Shown here piece after piece: positions 49,791-55,013 of a stretch of 55,013 nucleotides of DNA (the first letter of the stretch is position 1; every line of letters starts with the position of its first letter). The stretch covers positions 1 through 55,013 of the forward strand of contig SFOK01000001.1 of NCBI GenBank assembly GCA_004552395.1. Reading direction: 5' to 3'. The notes under the pieces are model-generated. The model had not been told where the DNA came from, ran no database searches, and saw nothing but the letters and a program-made list of their open reading frames with translations. The position numbers were made by a program, and so were the translations under genes. Source of the DNA: Bacteroidales bacterium (GTDB taxonomy: Bacteria > Bacteroidota > Bacteroidia > Bacteroidales > Muribaculaceae).

Positions 49791-50699
49791 CTATTCCTTC
49801 ACCGAGCCCAGCATAACGCCTTTGACGAAATACTTCTGAACAAAGGGATAGGCGGCCATGATGGGCAGCATGGAAAACACGATCACCGCGTGCTTGAGCT
49901 GCTCGGGCAGCGCGCCCTTGTTGCCCTCGCTCATCTCCAGCATGGAGCCCGAGGAGGACGCCTCCAGCACCAGCTCGCGCAGAATCAGCTGCAGCGGATA
50001 CTTTTCGATGGACTTGATATAAATCAACGGCCCCATGTAATCGTTCCAGTGCCCCACGAACACCCACAGGCCGATCGTCGCCAAGCCGGCCTTGGACAGC
50101 GGCATAACAATGCGAAAAAGCACCTTAAAATCATTCGCGCCGTCCAGATACGCGCTCTCCACCAGCGAACGGGAAATGCTGCGAAAAAAGGACGTAAGAA
50201 TCAGCACGTTATAAGCGCCGATCGCACTGCCCAGAATCAGGGAGAACAACGAATCGATCAGTCCCAGTCCCCGCATGACCATGAAGGAGGGAATCATGCC
50301 GCCGGAAAACCACATGGTAAACATAATCAGGAGGTTGTAGAGCTTCTTCCCCCCGAAATCGCCATAGGCCAGCGGATAGGCCGCGACGCTCGTCATCAGC
50401 AGCGAGAGCGCGCAGCTCATAAACGCCACGAAAATCGTGTTGCCATAGGCGCGGAGAATGCTGCTGGTATGCAGGATCTTGCGATAGGAGGCCAGCGAAA
50501 AGCCCTCCGGCCAGAATTTCACCCGCCCGGCCATGATCGCCGTTTCGTTGCTGAAGGAAATGGAAACAAGATTCATAAAGGGCAGCAATATGCACAATGT
50601 AAAGACCGTCAGAACGGTAATCACAATGACGTCGAAGACGATTTCGGAAACCGGCTTGCGTACGCGCCGGGCCGCATGCGTTTTTCCAATGGCTGTCAT
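49791..50699 (-). CDS. Carbohydrate ABC transporter permease (MalG/LplC-like)
   Basis: FSGGMIP, EAA loop SLVESAYLDGA, WNDY, YPFVQKYFVKGVMLGSVKE; GGAGG RBS. Confidence 0.93.
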   Translation of the reverse strand: MTAIGKTHAARRVRKPVSEIVFDVIVITVLTVFTLCILLPFMNLVSISFSNETAIMAGRVKFWPEGFSLASYRKILHTSSILRAYGNTIFVAFMSCALSLLMTSVAAYPLAYGDFGGKKLYNLLIMFTMWFSGGMIPSFMVMRGLGLIDSLFSLILGSAIGAYNVLILTSFFRSISRSLVESAYLDGANDFKVLFRIVMPLSKAGLATIGLWVFVGHWNDYMGPLIYIKSIEKYPLQLILRELVLEASSSGSMLEMSEGNKGALPEQLKHAVIVFSMLPIMAAYPFVQKYFVKGVMLGSVKE

Positions 50700-50714
50700 G
50701 TTCGTCGCCTCCCC

Positions 50715-51659
50715 TCAAAAGATGCCGTGCGTATCGTCCGACAGACGCTTGCTGACAAAATTTGCGGAAATAACCAGCAGGAAGCTGACCACCGAGTTAA
50801 ACAGGCCGACCGCCGTGGCGAAGCTGTATTTGCCCTTTTGCAGGCCCATTTTATAAACATACGTGCCCAGCAGCTCGCTCACGGAAAGGTTCAGGTCGTT
50901 TTGCAGCAGCAGCACCTTGTCCGTCACCGTGCCCATCAGGCTGCCGATACGCATAATCAGCATCAGCACGACGATCTGCTTGAGCCCCGGCAGCGATACA
51001 TGCCAAATTCTGCGCAGCCGCCCCGCGCCGTCCACCGTCGCCGCTTCATAGAGCGTCGGGTCGATATTGGTCAGCGTCGCCAGATAAACGATCGAGTTCC
51101 AGCCCGTATTCTGCCATATGCCTGAGAGCACGTTAATCATCCGGAACGCGCTCTTCTGCGCCATATAATCCTGAACGGGCAGCCCGAGCGCCTTGCAGAC
51201 GGAGGCCAGCAGGCCGATTGAGGGCGAAAGGAAGGACGTAATCATGCTCACGAGCACAACGGTCGAGATAAAATAAGGAAGGTACGTAATGGTCTGGTAA
51301 ACGCGCCGAAGCGGAGAGGAGCGTACCTCGTTGAGCAGCACGGCCAAAATGACGCCGGCCGGGAAAACCATCACCAGCGACATCAGGTTCAGCGCCACGG
51401 TATTCCGCAGCGTCTGCCCGAAATACCTGCCCTTCAGAAAATCCGCAAAATTCTTCAGGCCCACCCACTTGCTGCCCGAAAAGCCCTTGAGCAGCTTATA
51501 ATCAAAAAAGGAGATGGAAAGATATCCCATGGGCAGATATTTGAAAATAATAAAATACGCGACCACCGGCAGGCACATCATGTAAATATAGCGATTGCGC
51601 CATGCCCGCCGCTTCCATCTGCCCGGACGCCGGGCGTCGATTGCCTTTTGCGTCATCAT
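50715..51659 (-). CDS. Carbohydrate ABC transporter permease (LplB-like)
   Basis: SKWVGLKNF, YLPYFIS.V, GW.SIVYLA...IDP.LYEAA.VDGA; AAGGAG RBS. Confidence 0.93.
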   Translation of the reverse strand: MMTQKAIDARRPGRWKRRAWRNRYIYMMCLPVVAYFIIFKYLPMGYLSISFFDYKLLKGFSGSKWVGLKNFADFLKGRYFGQTLRNTVALNLMSLVMVFPAGVILAVLLNEVRSSPLRRVYQTITYLPYFISTVVLVSMITSFLSPSIGLLASVCKALGLPVQDYMAQKSAFRMINVLSGIWQNTGWNSIVYLATLTNIDPTLYEAATVDGAGRLRRIWHVSLPGLKQIVVLMLIMRIGSLMGTVTDKVLLLQNDLNLSVSELLGTYVYKMGLQKGKYSFATAVGLFNSVVSFLLVISANFVSKRLSDDTHGIF

Positions 51660-51693
51660 GCTTCCGCTCCTTCTAGCTTACGCTTTGATATGG

Positions 51694-51720
51694 CGCGGCG
51701 GGAGCGTTCGCCCCCGCCGC
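51694..51720 (-). terminator. GC-rich hairpin between the binding-protein and permease genes
   Basis: GCGGCGGGAGCG-TT-CGCCCCCGCCGC inverted repeat. Confidence 0.5.
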
Positions 51721-51740
51721 TGCCTTTCCTGGATTGAAAA

Positions 51741-53240
51741 TCAGTTGCCGTTGACCAGCTTCCAAGCCTCTGCGGCCTGCTCGATGATCTCGCTCATGCC
51801 GTTTTCCTTGGTGCTCTCGTAGATCTGCCAGAATTCGTCCAGCGTGATTTCGCCGGTGATGCAGTTCGCCTCCGCTTCGGAAAGCGTGTTGGCAATGTCA
51901 CTGTTATATTCGGCGTACGCGGCGGTCGTCAGCAGCGGAGCCGCCTTCACAAAGTAGGGATCGTTCATGAACAGGCCGTCATAGAAAATCTTCTGCGTGT
52001 CGCCCAGCTCCTCGTAGGTCTTGCCGTTGAGCAGAATCTGCATGTAGCTGTCGGCGTACCACAGGAAGGGGAAGGGCTGGAAAATCAGGCCGGCGGCGCG
52101 GGCGTTCACAAAGGAATCGATGTAGGGCGAAACCAGCTTCTTTTTCCCGTCGATCACTTGATGATGCACGTTTTCCACGCCGTAGTTAATCAGATCGGCG
52201 CCTTCCTTGGAATAGAGCCAGTCAAACAGCGCGACGATTTCCTTGGCGCGGTCCTCGGCGGCGACGGTCAGCACGCCGCGGGTGCTTACCTTGGCGCGCG
52301 CGTTGATCGCCTGATCGCCCATGGGCGTGGTGATCGGCGGAACGCAGCCGAAGGTAGCCTCGGGATCGTTTTCGCGCAGCGCGTCGGTAATCTGCATGGC
52401 CCACTCGGCCGCAGTCTGCATCGTGCCGCCCTGAGAAGCGCTGGCAACGGTCTTAAAGTTGCTGGTGGTGATGTTTTCCGAGCGCAGAATGCCCTCGGCG
52501 TACAGGCCGCGAAGCGATTCCAGATAGGATTTGAATTCCGGCGTTTCGTAAATCACCGTGTATTCGTTATCCTTCGTTACGCAGAAATAATGCGTAGTAG
52601 ACGCGGTAGGAATAAACGCGGTACGAAAGTTCTTGTAATTGCAGGCGATGGGCAGCTCGTCCGTCGCGTCGCCGTTACCGTTAACGTCATTATCCCGAAT
52701 GTAGCGCCAGTATTCCAGCCAATCTTCCCACGTGTTCAGGCTGTCCTTGCCCATATCGCGGAGCCAGTCGGTACGAATCATCCAGGAGTTGAGCTCCGGG
52801 AAATCGAACACGCTGGGCAGCTGATAAATCAGGCCGTCGGAAACGTTGCGCAGCTCCACGTAGTCGTTCTCATTGAGCGCGGCCAGAATATTGGGAGCGT
52901 TTTCCGGCGTCAGATAATCGTCCAGCGGAATGATCGCGCTCTGATCCAGCAGGGGCAGGAAGCTCGCGCCCATGATCACGTCCGGAATGTCGTTGCCCGC
53001 CAGCACGGTGTTGACGCGCGTGTCAAAGTCGGTCTTGAGGGCCCACTCCACGTTGATCTTCGCGCCGGTGGCTTCCTCAATGTAGGGAATCAGGGTGTTT
53101 TCCGTCGTGTAGGGCGACCATGTCGTGGAAAGGATGGAGAATTCCAGCCCCGCGAAGGGCTTATCCTCCTCCGCCACGGCCGTCAGGCCCATGGGCAGAA
53201 TCATCACCGCCAGAAGCAAAATGGCCAGAATCTTTTTCAT
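51741..53240 (-). CDS. ABC transporter extracellular solute-binding protein (carbohydrate, family 1)
   Basis: AAGGAGG RBS before ATG 53240; signal peptide MKKILAILLLAVMILPMGLTAVA-EE; IRTDWL, D.NGNG..DE.P, YGVE..H. Confidence 0.9.
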   Translation of the reverse strand: MKKILAILLLAVMILPMGLTAVAEEDKPFAGLEFSILSTTWSPYTTENTLIPYIEEATGAKINVEWALKTDFDTRVNTVLAGNDIPDVIMGASFLPLLDQSAIIPLDDYLTPENAPNILAALNENDYVELRNVSDGLIYQLPSVFDFPELNSWMIRTDWLRDMGKDSLNTWEDWLEYWRYIRDNDVNGNGDATDELPIACNYKNFRTAFIPTASTTHYFCVTKDNEYTVIYETPEFKSYLESLRGLYAEGILRSENITTSNFKTVASASQGGTMQTAAEWAMQITDALRENDPEATFGCVPPITTPMGDQAINARAKVSTRGVLTVAAEDRAKEIVALFDWLYSKEGADLINYGVENVHHQVIDGKKKLVSPYIDSFVNARAAGLIFQPFPFLWYADSYMQILLNGKTYEELGDTQKIFYDGLFMNDPYFVKAAPLLTTAAYAEYNSDIANTLSEAEANCITGEITLDEFWQIYESTKENGMSEIIEQAAEAWKLVNGN

Positions 53241-53360
53241 GATGGTTTCCTCCTTATTTATTTCTTGCCGGATCCATCCCGGCATGAGCACAAAAAATGA
53301 GAAAATACCGCGCGCTCGCGCATCGACGCGACGATTACGACCATGCCGCTGTTCTCTTGC

Positions 53361-53369
53361 ATCATAGCA
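53361..53369 (-). promoter_or_regulatory. Extended -10 sigma-A-type promoter for the ABC operon
   Basis: TGCTATGAT on the minus strand (TGn plus TATAAT-like). Confidence 0.45.
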
Positions 53370-53583
53370 AAACGAAATTTGTTTGAAAAGCAAAATCTTC
53401 TTCCCATTTTCGCCATGAAAATCTGTTGCGGATTTTCCGAAAAAATTTGTCTTGACAAAAAAGAACGCGAATGCCATTGCTTCGCGTCCCAAATGATTCG
53501 AAAACCCGTTCAATTTTTTAACCAATGCGGCAAAAGCGCGCAACGCGCCGCCCCCGCCGTTCATTCCGGCCGGATAGCGCGCT

Positions 53584-54183
53584 TCAATTCGTCCCCGCCC
53601 GCTCAAACGTCAGCGGCAGCTTTTCACCCGCCATTTGGGAAAGCAGCGTCCGCAGCGCTTCGCACGCCGCGTCCCACGCCTGCGCCTGCGCGTCTGCGTC
53701 GCCGAGATACTTTTCGCGGCAGGCGGCGGCCTGATCGTCCAGCATTTTTTGATATTGCTTTTCCGTCAGGCGATACCAGAAATCATGCACCTCCGCCTCG
53801 CCCGAGGGCTGAAAGCTGTCATAGAGCATGCGAATTTCCGGCACGGCCACGCTAATGCTGCGCTCCGTGGGCGTGAGGCGCACCTCGTCCAGCGAAAAGC
53901 CCAGCCCGATTTCGTAGGTATACGGCACGCTTACGCTCTGCACGCTGCCAATGAACAGGGCGTTGGTTTCCGTCCTCATCACGCCCTGCTCCACATGCCG
54001 CACGGCGGTCAATTCGCCCGCGCGCTGCATTTCATGCGAGAGCAGACGGGAGGCGCGCTCGTACTTCCCCTGCGGCAGGTATGCGCCCAGCCAATCCCGC
54101 GCGTAGGGCAGCAGCACCGCCGCGATAGTCAGCGCCAGCGCCAGCGTCAGAATCCGCAGCAGGCGTTTGCCAAAGCGCTTCAC
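53584..54183 (-). CDS. Membrane-anchored protein, DUF4230-like
   Basis: GTG start with GGAGG RBS; N-terminal TM; GEL.....Y.Y.I..G..L..V pattern followed by a helical A...A...L..LL tail. Confidence 0.65.
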   Translation of the reverse strand: MKRFGKRLLRILTLALALTIAAVLLPYARDWLGAYLPQGKYERASRLLSHEMQRAGELTAVRHVEQGVMRTETNALFIGSVQSVSVPYTYEIGLGFSLDEVRLTPTERSISVAVPEIRMLYDSFQPSGEAEVHDFWYRLTEKQYQKMLDDQAAACREKYLGDADAQAQAWDAACEALRTLLSQMAGEKLPLTFERAGTN

Positions 54184-54338
54184 CGTGCCATTCCTCCCAG
54201 CCAGACAAGCGCCCAGATCACGCCGCGCGCCAAGGCGTAAAACAACGCCGCATAGCCCACCAGCAGCACGAATCGATGCCACCGGCTCAGCCGCGGGGCG
54301 CGCCTTTGCCGCCGTGCTTCCCTTGAATACGTCGTCAT
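54180..54338 (-). CDS. Small 52-aa membrane protein (not in the ORF track)
   Basis: AGGAGG RBS; MTTYSREARRQRRAPRLSRWHRFVLLVGYAALFYALARGVIWALVWLGGMAR*; GTGA overlap with the next gene. Confidence 0.7.
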   Translation of the reverse strand: MTTYSREARRQRRAPRLSRWHRFVLLVGYAALFYALARGVIWALVWLGGMAR

Positions 54339-54412
54339 TGCCAACCCTCCTGTTACGGAATAGAGTCAGTATACAACATATTCTTCGATTTTTCTACACA
54401 TTTCCTCAACAT

Positions 54413-55013
54413 TTAACATTTACGGCTGCAAAGGCAAAGCGCCGGAGCAAGGCGCAGCCATTTTTCCGGCTCGTTATAATACAGCGCAAGCGCGCGGTCT
54501 ATGGCGGCAAGGAAATCGTCCGCGTTGTAGCTCTGGAAGGTAAAGCCGCGCCCGGTCTCGTCCGCCTCGTTATACGGCCAGACGGTGTCCTTGAGCCCTC
54601 CCGTCGCGTTGACAACAGGAACAGAGCCCATGCGCATGGCGATCAGCTGCGACAGGCCGCAGGGCTCGGACTTCGACGGCATTAGATACATGTCGGAAGC
54701 CGCATAAACCAGATTTGCCAGTCCGCCGTCAAAGAGCAGATTGACGGAAACCTTATCGCCGAAGCGGTCGCGCAGGGTTTTTAAGTACCATTCGTACTTT
54801 TCCTCGCCCGTGCCGATGATGACAAGCTGGATACGGCGCTGGATCAGACGCTCTGCAATATAGCACAGAAGATCGATGCCCTTGTGCCCGGCCAAACGGG
54901 TGACCATTGCCAGAGCAGCTACATCTCTGTCCTCCGGCAGGCCGACGCGCTGCTGAAGGACAAGCTTGTTGGCAGTCTTGCCCTCGCGCAGGGTCTTTGC
55001 CGTGTAGTTTTTG
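54413..55013 (-). CDS. glgA: Glycogen synthase (GT5); 5' part outside the window, 3' end truncated
   Basis: MVTRL..HKG.DL, YAASD.YLMPSKSEPCGLSQLIAMR.G..PVV..TGGLKDTV, GFTF; lacks the usual DFSW..SA..Y..LY end. Confidence 0.88.
   Translation of the reverse strand, partial: KNYTAKTLREGKTANKLVLQQRVGLPEDRDVAALAMVTRLAGHKGIDLLCYIAERLIQRRIQLVIIGTGEEKYEWYLKTLRDRFGDKVSVNLLFDGGLANLVYAASDMYLMPSKSEPCGLSQLIAMRMGSVPVVNATGGLKDTVWPYNEADETGRGFTFQSYNADDFLAAIDRALALYYNEPEKWLRLAPALCLCSRKC

Noticed and set aside
1..55013. tRNA, rRNA, prophage or integrase genes
   Set aside because: None recognised by eye; a covariance-model scan would be needed to exclude small RNAs.

Overview
Positions 1 to about 49,760 look like a high-GC Bacteroidales chromosome, probably Muribaculaceae-like. 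The evidence is TAnnTTTG promoters, genes without Shine-Dalgarno sites, and Bacteroidetes-type gene content: apt, uvrC, recO, pheT, yebC, a POT transporter, thyA/folA, manC, fabF/acpP, ompA, a TPR protein plus beta-barrel pair, mutS, panB, a flippase, higBA and a 2-oxoacid:ferredoxin oxidoreductase. At about 49,760 the sequence switches abruptly to Firmicutes/Clostridia-type DNA: a carbohydrate ABC transporter, GGAGG ribosome-binding sites and a 3'-truncated glgA. This is most likely a contig join or bin contamination. The main finding is a five-gene co-directional cluster between panB and mutS (29,386-38,076, minus strand). It encodes a vWA/MIDAS-like lipoprotein, a 4-TM protein, a divergent FtsZ/tubulin-family GTPase, a 1136-aa actin/Hsp70-fold ATPase and a single-pass membrane protein, and is a candidate envelope-spanning cytoskeleton-like or conflict system. 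Other findings: a MITE-like repeat family with nested, covarying internal hairpins (two full copies and one collapsed 23-bp footprint), a probable catalytically dead FtsH-protease-domain protein, an orphan gene fragment, and a 52-aa membrane ORF missing from the ORF track. All calls come from reading motifs by eye; no searches were run.
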